Assembly (NCBI RefSeq): GCF_009914755.1
Contig: NC_060929.1
DNA from: the human T2T-CHM13v2.0 reference genome, Homo sapiens
Direction: 5' to 3' (one strand)
DNA: 64,000 bases
Each line of letters starts with the position of its first letter. Position 1 is the first letter of the stretch. Below are positions 14,624 through 27,929 of the stretch, piece by piece. A program made the position numbers and the translations under genes. The notes beneath the pieces were generated by a model. It saw nothing but the letters and a program-made list of their open reading frames with translations, was not told the DNA's origin and did not search any database.

Positions 14624-16043
14624 TTACAAATAGAATTATAAAACATAATTGTCAACAACTATAATTTGAACTCAGATTTATCTATTTCCAAATTTAATTG
14701 TTTACAGAATTAATTGGGTTTGTCAGCACTGTTTTACAGCATAAAATACATTTTTAATTTCCTTAAAAAGTGAAAGCATAATTTTTTTGCCATTTTCTAA
14801 ATCAGAAAAACAAGAAATTTAATGTCCTTCCAAAGGTCAAAAAGCATAAATCCTCAATACCTCAGTACAGCTTTTTGACCCTTTCAAAGGTCAAAAAGCA
14901 TAAATCCTCAATGCCTAGATACATTCTAAATTTTTTAAAGATTAGAACTACAACAGTAGAATGTGTGAATTTGATGTAACTATCTTAAAAAATACCAGCT
15001 CCAGACTTTCGGATAAAGATGACAATATAAAGTCATTTATCAGATTTTGATTAAATTTAGAAATAAAAAGACATTTTCCGCAGTATAAATGACAAGGCAA
15101 ATGGAAGACCAACAACAAAGAGGGAAAGGAAAAAGATACTTTTTCATAACAATAGAAAACATTCTAATTAAACACAAGTCACAAACCATTTTAACATATT
15201 GGTGTTCAAATTAACAGTTGTTTATTTTAAAAGATAACTTTCCACAGTTAAAAGAGGTTGAATAAATAATGTAATATCTCATATAAAGCAATGCCATAGT
15301 CATTAAAGTGTTGACAAGGAACAAAATATTCTTAAACATATTAACAAGCCACTTAATCTCTAGCCAAGACATGCATAAATGTTTCATTACAGTACTAAAA
15401 AGTAACAAATAAAAGGTTCAATGGAAGAAAGCTTCCTAAATTCTGTCACTTTTCCTTAAGAGTATTTTCTGACATTATAGAAAATATCTCTACAGGTATG
15501 TATTCAAAGAAGTCATTAGCCAAAATCAATTAATGAAAAGACATGTTTGACATGTACAAATCAGTTTGTTTAGACCAACTGCTACTGAGTCTTCAACATT
15601 CATGTGCACTATAAAACGTTCATTGACTTTCCAACTTCTACTAAAGAACATATGCGTAACTCCAAAATAACCTGTATCATGCTCAATTGTGACCACTAAC
15701 TTAAGGGTCTCTCCCCCTTGAAAACGGCATTCATCTCATTTCTTCAGCCTCCATTCCCAGGAGGGTGGGAGATGGCAGATATTAAACACAAGTTGAATAA
15801 ATCTTTACCTTTTGATAAAATAAATGGATAAAGCATAAATTTTTCCCACTGTTCTTCATTGCATTCAGGTTCCTACTGTGTGTCACACACTAAACTTTAG
15901 CATAAAGAAAATTATTCACTTTAAGAGTAAAAGACAATATATTGTGCTTTCTCCTTTCTCAAAGGAAGGAGTACATCTGTTTTTACAAGACAATCTCCTC
16001 ATTTTAATGAGATAGCTTTGTGTTACAAATACTTTCCTTTTAA

Positions 16044-16351
16044 GACCAGGTGCAGTGGCTAAAGCCTGTAATCTCAGGGCTTTGGAGGCAGGCAGATCAC
16101 TCAAGGTCAGGAATTCCAGACCAGACTGGCCAACGTGGTGAAACCTCCTCACTAGTAAAAATACAAAAATTAGCCAGGAGTGGCAGCGACAGCCTGTAAT
16201 CCCAGCTACTTGGGAGGCTGAGGCACGAGAATCGCAAGACTGGGAGGGGAGGTTGCAGTGAGCTGAGATCACACCACTCACTGCTCTCCAGCCTGGGCAA
16301 CAGAGCAAGAATTTGTCTCAAAAACAAAAACAAAACAAAACAAAACAAAAA
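16044..16351 (+). mobile_element. AluS
   Basis: Full dimer, (CAAAA)n tail, TSD ...ctttccttttaa on both sides. Confidence 0.92.
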
Positions 16352-18979
16352 CACCTTTCCTTTTAACAAACTAAAAATCAAAACTTTGCTCAAAGTGCAC
16401 TGAGAAAGCTTCATTAAATAAATTTAATATAAAAATTTCAGCTTAATTAAATTTTAAGCCATACACAAAAGCCAAGAAAATTTGTTAAGTTAGGTAAATG
16501 CATTCATTGTGAATATTTTTAATGCATTAAATAATTAAACACACTAGGATCGAAGTAGTTCCGTCACTAACTAGCTACACAGCAATTAGAAAAGCTCTCC
16601 CTGGGATTCTTTCCTTATCTACAAAATGACAAGAGCTGGCAAATGATCTCCAAAATACCAAACAGATCATGTTGTCTATGATTGCAATATTTTAGCTAAA
16701 TACACAATTAATCATTGGCATTCACAGATTTAACATTTCTAAACCACCATCAAAGCCTGTGTAATTATTGCTAATGGCAATGAATAATAATCCATTCTCA
16801 TAAAGATTAAATAAGCTAATATTTATAAGACCTGAAAGGAAATCAGAGTTCCAAATTAAAGGAGTAAACCTAGCCTACCACCCATCATATTCACCTCAAT
16901 TAGTAGTTTGTGGGAATTTCTCTTAAGAAAGACTTGTGAATGCCAACAGTTCCATAGTTTTAAAAAAGATCTATCTCTCAGATACGTGGCCAATTCTCTC
17001 TTTTTAAATGATTCATTTTCTTTATAACCTGAACATTTTCTTTTCAGTGGCTATCAAGAGAAAGAACTATGATGACATTAAACACTTCTGATAAGAATGA
17101 TTAAGTGGGAAGCTCTCTATTAAAATCAAGAATAAGCATTCAGTAAATGTTAGTTGAAATCAAATTAGAAAATAGTTTTAATCATCAAGAACTAAATGTC
17201 TCAATTAAAGTTATGACCTGCAGTACAATGAATGTTTTTAAAGCGTGCTTATCTGTCCCTATTGACTAGAAAACATATTTTGTTGGCAATTATTTCTAAT
17301 TCCAGTTATCCAGGCTCTTTTCTACTTTTTCGTAAAGATTGTGATAAGAAAAGACTGCTATATTCGACACGCAATATCCTACCCAAACAACTAAACTGTC
17401 TAGTAATAACTGATACAATGAAGCTTCATTGTCCTGATGTTAATTAATCTCACAGAGGAAGGGAGGAAGGAGTAAGTATGCATTAATTTAAACAAATAAA
17501 ATTCTAGTAATAAATTTAACCATCAATAAAAACAAACCTTTCAAGAAAAAAATGTCATGCTTTCTCTCTTGACCAAGGGCGAATGCAGAAACAAATGGTT
17601 CTAGTTATGGAACACGAATACTTAAATACATATCCCCATAAACCATAAGAATTTGATCATTTATATTCATTGTAAAAAGGCCCAAAATCTCCAGAAATAA
17701 CAAAAATACTCAATAATAATCAAGTTAATGAAGTTTTGGCTTCAGTAACAGAACCTTGCTGTATGACTTTTTCTTTTAGAAAAAGAAAGCAGGAAACTAT
17801 GGCATTGCTTTTTCTAAGTGGTTCAGCACATTGGGGCAAATGGTGGCAATCACCAGGTAAAAGATAACAAAAATCAGCTAAGCGCTGTGTAAAGGGCAGA
17901 CATAAGATAGCTATATAAACAAATAATTTAGATTAGTATTTCAAAGGGCTTCTAATTAGTTATCACAAAGATAAAAGTATTAATCTTACTTTAAAAACAG
18001 CCATAGCCTTACAGTATCAAGTACTCACGGCATTAACTATTGGCAATCTATAATCATACATTTATAAAATGGAGCAGAACAGCTTGTTGAAGTTCCTTCT
18101 TCATAAGCCACTTCTACTAGTAGAGAAAAATCTCCCTTTCTCTTTGCAGTGCCACTTACTATTTATCTCATCTCCTCTTCACAATCCGAACCTCTCTACT
18201 TCCAAAAATTTACAACATCCCATCATTATTGTCTCTTTCCCCTAAAGGATTTCTGTGATAAGTAAGTAAATAAGTAAATACCTGTGAAGCAGTAACATGG
18301 GAATATGACCTATGAAATTCTCCTAGCAGTAAAATCCCTTAAAGGAACTATGTCTGCTGAATGTATGGAAGGGAAGGCAAGGTACTCTACAAGATTACAT
18401 TCTTCTTTGCAACCTGAAGAAGAAACAAAGTTCTAATTGAAAATAGCCCAAGTGGAAAGAAGAGTCCTCAGGAAAAGAACTGGGATAACCGTGAGATAGG
18501 CTTGGAACAAGTGTAACTCACTAAGTACTTACACTGATAAGAAATTCAAGTTCAGCACAACTCATCCCCAATTTCTCAAATTGCTCTTCAACTCATCAGT
18601 GTTACTAGAAGTGCATCTTCAGGCCTAAGAGAAACTAAGGCTTTGGTGTAAAGCAGTGCCTTCAGTGGATGCAGTTAAGGTAGAAGAAATATGAAAGAAT
18701 CTTATGACTTACTGCAGCAGTGGCAGATGTGTTTGACACCTAGTTAAAAATGTCAATCAGTACTGCTATGCCGGATAGTAATGATTAATTGCTTGAATAC
18801 TATAGAGATATATTAGGTGTTAACTAGGTTCGGGAAACATTTTCTAAAAATATCGTTACTAATTATGATTTCTATAGGAAAATGTTTTTGAATTTCAAAC
18901 ACTAGATTGAACTTGTGAAATTCAATTTTTTCATAAGTGAATCTTACTCAAGACAAACAAAAGACTGGCACAACAGCAC

Positions 18980-19210
18980 AAGGGACAAGAAGCCTGGGTT
19001 AAAAGTCAAATTCTGTCATCTCTAGCTGTGTGATTTTGGAGAAGTTACTCCAATCTTGCTGAGCCTCCATTTCTACATCTGTAAGATAAAGGTTTAAAAA
19101 AACAGAATTTAACTACTTCATAAAGATTTAAATGAGTCAATATAAGTGGAATGTAGAATAATACCTGGTAAATATTAAATGTAAAATAAATGCAGCTGTT
19201 ATCGTTATTG
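18980..19210 (+). mobile_element. MIR SINE
   Basis: cctgggtt...ctagctgtgtgattttggagaagttact...ctgagcctccatttctacatctgtaa. Confidence 0.75.
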
Positions 19211-19496
19211 AGGAAAAGTAAAATTCAATTTCTTACCCAACGGACATACTTCTACTTACCCTCAAAAATCTAATCCAAACCTTTCTTTATGAAACCCTTC
19301 TTGAATTCCATAGAAACTGAATATTCCTCTCTTTGTATCCCATAATGTACATTCAGCTAAATGTTCAACAGTATTTCCAAATTTACATAATCAGAATCAC
19401 AGAAACTTGAATCAAACTATAAAAATCATAGAATTCTAGTTCAAGCACACTTTCAATGCCATGTATTTATTTTTACTTTTCAAATAGTCATTTTTA

Positions 19497-19782
19497 GTTT
19501 TTATTTTTGTGTTTTATAAGAGTCAGGGTCTCACTCTGTTTCCCTGGCTGGAGCACAGCAGCCTGATGACAGCTCACTGCAATCTCAAACTCCTGGGCTC
19601 AAGTGATCTACCCACCTCAGCCTCCCAAGTAGCTGGAACTACAGGTGCTTGCCAGCACGCCTCACTAATTTTTAAAACCTTTTGTAAAGAAGAGGTCTCA
19701 CTATGTTGTCCAGATTGGTCTCAAACTCCTGGCCTCAAGTGACCCTCCTGCCTTAGCCTTCCATGAGCCACCATGCCAGGCC
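19497..19782 (-). mobile_element. AluJ
   Basis: Antisense dimer; long flanking duplication acttttca(a/c)a(t/a)agtcatttttag. Confidence 0.92.
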
Positions 19783-20099
19783 ACTTTTCACAAAGTCATT
19801 TTTAGAAATAGCAGCATACAAGCACATCGATTTTCATAATGATTAAGAATTTTTTTAATTGAAATAAGATACTGAGATCCCAAGTCTCAAAGTAGCAAAA
19901 GTTTAAGTTGTTTCAGGTTTTCTAAATCTTATAGTTTATAGCCAAAACACAAAAGATATTTAACCTACTTTAACAACAGAACTACTACGTCTGTTTTATA
20001 TAATTAAAAGATGTGAACATAAAAATCATTGGGTAAGTGAGTTGTAATTGTATTCTCTAAGAACTGCAATAACTTAAAAGACTAAAAATAGGTGGCATA

Positions 20100-21970
20100 T
20101 CCTGGAACCAATAAGCAATTATAGCAAGGTTGCAGGATACAAAGTTAATATACAAGTCAATCACTTTCCTATATATTAGCAATGAACAAGTGAAATTTGA
20201 AATTAAAAATACTATTTACATTAGCACCCAGAAAAAAATGAATACTTTGGTATAAATCTAATAAAATATGCCAAGACCTGTATGAAGAAAACTACAAAAC
20301 TCTGATAACTGAATTCAAAGAATAAATAAATGGAGAGATATTCCATGTTCATGAAAAGGATATTACCAAGGAGGCAGTCCTTCTCAACTTAATCTACAGA
20401 TTCAATGCAATTACAATCAAAATCCAAGCAAGTTATTTTAAGGGTATCAAAAAAAAAGAAAAGAAAAGAAAAGAAAGAAATGTTCTAAGGTTAATTTGAA
20501 GAGGCAAAAGACCCAGAAGAGCCAACACAATACTGAAGAACAAAGTTGGAGGACTGACATTAACCAACTTCAAGATTCACTAGAAAGCTAGAATAATCAA
20601 GACTGTGTTATTGATGAAAGAAGAAATAAACAGATCAACAGAATAGAATAGAGGGGCCAGAAATAGACCCACATATAGTCAAATGATCTTTGACAAAAGG
20701 GCACAGGCAATACAATGGAGAAAAAAAAAAAACAAACAAATTTCACCAAATGGTACTGAAACAACTAGACATTCATGTGCAAAAAAAAAAAAAAAAAAAA
20801 AGACTCTAGACACACACCTTACACTCTTCACAAAAGTTAACTCAAATAGAACATAGACCTAAATGTAAAACACAAAGTTATAAAAGTCCTGTTAGATAAC
20901 ATAGATGGCTGTGGACAAGGCAACAACTTTTTAGACACAAAACCAAAGGCATGATCCATGAAAGAAAGAGCTGATAAGCTGGACTTCATTACAATTAAAA
21001 TCTGCTCTGTAAAAGACAATGTCAAGGAAATGAGAAAACAAACCAGACCAGGGGAAAATATCTGCAAAAGACATATCTGATAAGGATTGTTATACAAAAT
21101 ATAACAAACTCTTAATTAAAACTCAACAAGAAAACAACCTGATTTTAAAAATGCACCAAAGACCTTAAAAGACACCTCACCAAAGACATACAGACAGCAA
21201 ATAAGAATATGAAAAGATGTTCCACATCATGTCATTAGGAAAATACAAATTAAAATAAGGAAATACCATTATACACCTATTAGAATGGCCAAAATCCAGA
21301 ACACTGACAACACTGAATGCTGGCAAGAATGTAGAGCAATGGGAACTCTGATTCATTGCTGGTAGGAATGCAAAATGATATAGCTTCTTTGGAAGACAAC
21401 TTGTGGTTTCTTACAGTCTTACCATATGATCCAGCAATTGCACTTGCTGGTTTTTACCCAAAGGAACTGAAAACCTTTGTCCACACAAAAAACTGTACAT
21501 ACAGTTTATATCACCTTTGTTCATAATTGCCAAAATCTGGAAGCAACCAAGATATCCCTCAGTAGGTGAATAGATAAACTGTAGTACATCAGACAATGGA
21601 ATATTATTAAACCCTATAAAGAAATGGACTATTGAGCTATGAAAAGACAGAGATGAACCTTAAATGCATATTCTTAAGTGAAAGAAGTTAATCTGAAAAG
21701 TCTACATACTGTAAGATTCCAACTATATCCAAACCCATAGAATGTACAACACCAAGAATGAACCCCAAAGTACACTATGGACTTTGGGCAATTATGGTGT
21801 GTCAATGTAGATTCATCAATTGTAAGAAATTTACCACTCTGGTGAAGGATGTTGATAATAGTAGAGGACATGCATGTGTGGGAGCAGGGAATATCTAGGA
21901 AATCTCTTGTATCTTCCTCTTAAGATTTCTGTGAACCTAAAACTACTCTTTAAAAAGTCTGCAAAAAAAT
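20100..21970 (+). mobile_element. L1MC-type (L1MC1-like) ORF2 tail and 3'UTR
   Basis: L1 ORF2 motifs (agcaaggttgcaggatacaaag, aacaaagttggaggactgaca); L1MC-type 3'UTR (aacccatagaatgtacaacaccaaga...gtgaacctaaaact). Confidence 0.85.
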
Positions 21971-22229
21971 TTTAATGCAACACAAAAATAAAATCTATTA
22001 CATGAAATTTCATATAATCGATTACTATCTTTAAAAAAACACATTTCTATTATTTTTCTGTTTACTGTTTGGAAAGTTGACAGTAAATAAATTTATGGAA
22101 AGATTTATATAATTAAAAACAGTATGAGCTCTTTGCTTGCTTTTTAGATACACTGTACTACAATAATTTTACAGGAGCAGTTAATAAATATGGGTACCAG
22201 GCACGTGGGCTGAATATCTATGCATCCAA

Positions 22230-22478
22230 ATTTGCTACAATGTCACCTCCTCATTGAAGCTTTCCCTACATGCCCTATCTAAAACAGGCATTTTCTATCC
22301 CCTTACTCTCTCTGTTAAATGTATCACAACTGACATATTACATGCCCATTTCATCATGAGATCATCAGCCTCTCCCAATAAATGAGGGCCGAGATTGTCT
22401 CTGTTTTTAAGCAGTTATATCCCTGTTGCCAAAAACAGTACCTGGCATACAGATGGTGAATAAAAACAAATGAATGAT
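22230..22478 (+). mobile_element. L2 3' end
   Basis: aatgtcacctcctc...ctttccct...aacagtacctggcatac...aaatgaatga. Confidence 0.65.
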
Positions 22479-23249
22479 TTAAGAACTTTTTTTAAAGTTT
22501 GGTGAAACAAAAGGTACAGTCATTTCAAAGCCAAAAGAATATTCATTTCACCATGACTGTAAGGATTTCTTTTTTTCTATAACTCAAGAGTAAGTGGTAT
22601 ACAAAGAGTTTACACTTAAGTTTATTTCTAAAAAGTTCCTTTGAGACAAGCTGTATTCATTCTTACTAACATGGGCAAAACCACGTTAACAACAGTCAGA
22701 AAATAATAACTTCTCTCTTAGAAATGAACACTTTAGAATATCTTCTGATTTTCTGAAATCAACTTAATGCACTTTAAGCTTTTGTTGCGGAGAAAACAAA
22801 AGAACCAATTTTTTTTAAGTGGATCAAAGCCCAAAGTATCAACTAATCTTAAAAACCAACCTTGAACCAACCAAATATTAACCAAGAGAAAAGTCAGTCT
22901 ATAACATTTTTTCAATTAGGCCTCTGTAGTAAGAAAGCAGTGAAGGAAAGCAGTCAGAAGAAAATAAAGTCAGAGAACTGAGAAGAAACCTGAATGTTTC
23001 CTCTAAAAGTTAACCTTAGTGGTTAACTGCTAATACATGACCGAATCCATCCTTCAAACTGCGCATGTCAAATTACCACTCAGCTGGCAAAAGGACCTCC
23101 AGTATCTCCATCAAAGTCTCTTATACTTGCATTTCTCTCTAGTAGGGGTTTAAGGTCCATCAATTTAACTCTTAACTGCATCCAGTGCTAGAGTAAGGAT
23201 TTAAAAAAAAAAACAAAACTTAATTGCGGAACTTATTAAAAATGCAATT

Positions 23250-24166
23250 CTAATATCCAGAATCTATAAGGAACTTAAACAAATTTACAAGAAAAAAACA
23301 ACACCATCAAAAAGTAGGCGAAGGATATGAACAGACACTTCTCAAAAGAAGACATTTATGTGGCCAACAAACATGAAAAAAAGCTCATCGTCATTGGTCA
23401 TTAGAGAAATACAAATCAAAACCACAATAAGATACCATCTCATGCCAGTTAGAATGACAATTATTAAAAAAGTCAGCAAACAACAGATGCTGGCGAGGCT
23501 GTGGAGAAATAGGAACGCTTTTACACTGCTGGTGGGAGGGTAAATTAGTTCAACCATTGTGGAAGACAGTGTGGTGATTCCTCAAGGATCTAGAACCAGA
23601 AATACCATTTGACCCAGCAATCCCATTACTGGGTATATACCCAAAGGACTATAAATCATTCTACTCTAAAGATACATGCACACACACGTATGTTTATTGC
23701 AGCACTATTTACAATAGCAAAGACTTGGAACCAACCCAAATACACATCAATGATAGACTGGATCACAAAAATGTGGCACATATACACCATGGAATACTAT
23801 GCAGCCATAAAAAAGAATGAGTTCATGTCCTTTGCAGGGACATGGATGAAGCTGGAAGTCATCATTCTCAGCAAACTAACACAGGAACAGAAAACCAAAC
23901 CATGTTCTCACTCATAAGTGGGAGTTAAACAATGAGAACACATGGACACAGAGGGGGTAACATCACACACTGCGGCCTGTCAGGGGGTGGGGGGCAAGGG
24001 GAGGGAGAGCATTAGGACAAATACCTAATACATACAGAGTTTAAAACATAGATGATGGGTTGATAAATCCAGCAAAACCACCATGGCACATGTATACCTA
24101 TGTAACAAACCTGTATGTTCCGTACATGTATCCCAGAACTTAAAGTAAAATTTGAAAAAAAATTTA
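23250..24166 (+). mobile_element. 5'-truncated L1PA (L1PA7/8-like) 3' end
   Basis: ORFs 23358-23917 give the L1 ORF2 C-terminus (MFIAALFTIAKTWNQPK...MEYYAAIKKNEFMSFAGTWMKLE); G-rich 3'UTR; TSD aaaat(g/a)caattctaa. Confidence 0.93.
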
Positions 24167-24316
24167 AAAATACAATTCTAAAACTTTATGCTACCCCAAA
24201 TTATCAGCGCAGAGAAGTGTTTTTTATCAAGTATCACAGGTGATTCCTATGCAAACTCAAGCTTGAAAACTAGTATATTAACCCACTTTTCAAAACTCAG
24301 TTGAAGTCACCTACTA

Positions 24317-24667
24317 CAGCAGTCCCCAACCTTTTTGGCCCCAGGGACTGGTTTCATGGAAGACGATTTTTTCACACATTGTGGAGGCAGTGTGGAGGAA
24401 GGATGGTTTCGGGATGAAATTGTTCCACCTCAGATCATCAGGCATTAGATTGTCATTTAAGGGTCACCTAACTCAGGTCCCTCACATGCACAGTTCACAA
24501 CAGGGTTTGCGCTCCTATGAGAATATAATGCCACCACTGATCTGACAGGAGGTGGACCTCAGGCATTAATACTCACTTGCCCACCACTCACCTCCTGATG
24601 TGCAGCCCAGTTCCTAACAGGCCATGGACCAGTACAAGTCCACAGTCCCAGGGGTTGGGAACCTGTG
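24317..24667 (+). mobile_element. MER1B (hAT-Charlie)
   Basis: TIRs cagcagtccccaacc / ggttgggaacctgtg; perfect 8-bp TSD ACCTACTA (24309-24316 and 24668-24675). Confidence 0.9.
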
Positions 24668-26638
24668 ACCTACTACATGACCCAACCTGCTCTCAGTTAG
24701 AAATAATTTCTTTCCACTGTACTCTTTGAGCCTATTATATGTGTTTCTCTTATAGCATTTACACACTCTTCCCAACACTCCCCTCCACTCCCCTCAAAAA
24801 GAAAACTTTTCATCAAATCCAATTGATTATGGCAAAGGTTTATAACCTCCCCATGGCCTACTCTCCCACACCTGCCCACAAACCATTGTTCAATTACAGC
24901 AGTAAGTTACTACAGGATGATACACAGATGCAAGCCGTGATATCTGCAATTCCAGGAGCTAGCTCTAATCTACCTATCTTCCACAAATTAGCTTGAACGG
25001 TAGAAAGATTTATATTTGATCAAAGTTGGTCTGTAATTTTCAAAAAGGAAAGTGCAATAGAGCAAATGGCTTTATTCCATTAGTAAATTTCCTATAGACT
25101 TGTCTTCACAACAACTTGAAAGCATAAAAATTAAGCGTGAGTTCAGTATTTTCAGTCTGGATCATAATCCTATTCTCCTTCATTCATAATACAAAAACCT
25201 TGTTATAGGCACAGGTATCTATTGAGTATCGGTATACATAATGTATGAGAGAATGAGAGCACAGAATTAGTTTATCATTGATTAAAACAAGAATTAAATC
25301 AAAACATTCCAAGAGTTGTGTTCCATTCTGGAGCAGTATTTAAGACAGTAGTGAAAGACTTGGCCAAATATACAAAGATTCCAAGTACTATCTATGTGAC
25401 TTATGAAAAAAATGAAAAAGAGAATGATAAAAGAAATCAAACTTAAGCCAAAATGGCATGGAAACAAAACAGTGGAAATCAGACTAACTTTTATTTAATC
25501 TGAAACATGTAACTATCCTCAAAAATGTTGAGTAGTCATGGAATCATAAATTTAAGAAGGTGCTTTAATACCCATCAAGTCCCACTTCTCTTACCCAGGA
25601 GGAATTTGGAACTCTTATCAAAATTGAGTGACTTTTCCAAATCCATATAACTAACAATGGGCAGAATCTGGGTCCTCTGGGGTCAATACTAATGTTCTTT
25701 TCATAATATCATTAGGCCCCAGCAATGCAAAACAAGTTCTGATTTCAACAAGCTGAATCCTCAATAAATTCAGCCCATGTTCACTTCATTTAATGGTTAA
25801 ACTCTTCCCTTTGAAAAATTCCAAGCATTAACCACACTTGCATATACAGACATTATCAATTTCATAGCTGGGAAAGATAAAACTCAGCCAAGATAATTAG
25901 CTCAGAAATATAAGCACTTCCAGAAGGAAAAGAGCCAACTAGTTAGTTCCAAAATGACATTCAGAAAAACAGCATAAGATTACATTAGTTCCAAACATTA
26001 ACCATCTCTTTTGAACCGACAGGATAAGCAGGATTCTACTTCTAGTATTCCAAAACACTGAGAACAAGTTCATGTTCAGCTTTTCTGTGACTATGATGAA
26101 CTTAAGTATTTTAATTATACTTTACCTTCAACTTTTCAGACCAAAAAGTCAAAAATTAATCTTAAATTTAAAAAATGAAAATATGAGTTTTAGTCCAGAC
26201 TGCCAAACTACTGTTACTTTAGAAAAATCACTGTCAATTTCTAGACCCCAGATTCTTTCTTCTGTAAAAATGGGGATGGAAGAGTGATTACTAGGCTTTG
26301 GTTTCTCCCAGTTCTGTTTTCCCTATCCTTGTCTAATTTCACTGATACAAAAGAAAAACAACTTTCTTAATACAAACCATATTATTCACTGAGGCTTAAA
26401 AAAAAAAACTTTAAAGAGATAGGTTATCTGGTAAAGTGCACCAGGAACTACATTATTTTGAAGGTCTTTGTTCTACATTCAGCTAAGTTTCTAAAAGTCA
26501 TTCAAAAGCCAATCACCACACACATTAACTGAATGTTGGCAATATTTGGCCCTGAAAATATAAGACAAACTGAAGCTAAATTCCAGGACAGAAGCCTCTG
26601 CAAGTGAGGGTTTGAAATCTAGTATACGGTGAAGAAAC

Positions 26639-27262
26639 TGACAATAATGAACTTCACCAGAGCCCCGTGATCTTGAAAAACAGCAAAGGTTAAGAAACCC
26701 CTTGCCCCCGTTTGTGTTCTGAGAAATTGGCTTACTGCAAAGAATCATCTTTCCTGTAGAACTTAGATAAGACTAAGGGTTGATCCATACCCCCCTACCC
26801 CTTGTTTACCTATAACAAGGCCATAACTAGACCCTTCTAATTCCCATCCTTTGCTTCGTAAATGACTTGCTGAAGTACCTGTCCCACAGATCAATCGGAA
26901 CAAAATACTTATTAACCAAACTTTAAGATTCTCTTCTCTCGGGTACCTGAATTTTGTCCTTCCCTCAGTCTGAAACAACATATACAAACCTCTCCTAACA
27001 GCTCCTCCTCAGAATACATGGGCTCAGGGTAAAACATTATCTGGTTACTGCCGGATCATACCCATATTTTCATCCCAATTCCTGACATCTTATTTACCCC
27101 TACCAACAAAAGACAAACCCTTTCTGCCTAACCTTTAAGGTGCATGCAAATCTTATGGTCATTCTCCCTACTGCAACAGTTCCTTCAACCTTCCTCCACA
27201 CCCCTGCAATATTCCTTTCGAATAAAGTCTGTCCTTACTAAACTCGGGTTTTTTATTTGACA
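26639..27262 (+). mobile_element. ERV1 solo LTR (MER92-like)
   Basis: TG...CA termini (tgacaataatgaac...tttatttgaca), AATAAA near the 3' end; subfamily from recall. Confidence 0.65.
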
Positions 27263-27770
27263 CCCTTTTCAATTATGAAATGGCTAAGTGTAAAGAATAA
27301 GGGGACTACCGTTTCTTTAAATGACAGGTGTTGATCTTATACAAGGAGACCCGTTGTGTCCACCTGGAGAGGCTAAAAGCATTTCTAAGATCTGAAGTTC
27401 TTGGCCACTGTTCCGCGGATGGAGAAGGGGGCGCAGAAGAGGTGACTGACCCGGCAAGGTCAACTCTGGGATCACCTGGCGCCACAGGCCATACACAGTA
27501 AATGGGCCATGAACAGGCAGGCTACCCAGTCCATACTCCCTGACAGATACGCCCCTGCCTCCGGCCCGCTAGTCTCCCAGACAGGTAGGCGTAATGCTGC
27601 TTCCTCAGGGGCTCAGACACCCTGAGATAGGTGGTGGGTCCTACCCAGCAGCTCATCCCAACGTCTCAACTCCATTCTGAGCAGAGCACCTGATGGCTCT
27701 TTTCACAGTACTGACCTCCCCGCCCTTTTCGCCCCACCGTTGTCACTCCTGCCCTCACAGAAGAACTCAC

Positions 27771-27773
27771 CAT
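27771..27773 (-). CDS. TMEM161B: ATG-only coding part of exon 1 (exon about 27910 to 27771); intron 1 runs beyond the window start; transmembrane protein 161B
   Basis: Minus strand reads ...CCTAGGCGCC ATG|GTGAGT (purine at -3, canonical donor 27770-27765). Gene identity from recall of the 5'UTR, ATG-only first exon, long intron 1, divergent lncRNA and nearby 5S pseudogene; no further coding sequence in the window to confirm. Confidence 0.75.
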
Positions 27774-27929
27774 GGCGCCTAGGATAGGTCGTGGACCAGA
27801 CACCCTGGAGTTGCCGGGGCAGTCCCAAACCTCTTACCTCCCGGTCCTTGAGCCGAGAGACTCTCAAACAGCGAAAGAGAGGGTCTTCCGGCTCTGCCGG
27901 AAGTTGTGCGCGCGCGGGACAGGAAGTTC

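Noticed and set aside
15916-16414. Alu-derived ORFs (also ~19.5k, 32k, 44k, 50.6k, 52.5k, 55.3k, 58.2k)
   Set aside because: Typical Alu translation artefacts
20082-20091. Perfect MEF2 sites CTAAAAATAG (here) and CTATAAATAG (10812-10821)
   Set aside because: A few matches are expected by chance in 64 kb of AT-rich DNA; no clustering
23358-23917. L1 ORF2-like peptides (also 3582-3909 and 53722-54498)
   Set aside because: Frameshifted, truncated retrotransposon remnants, not genes
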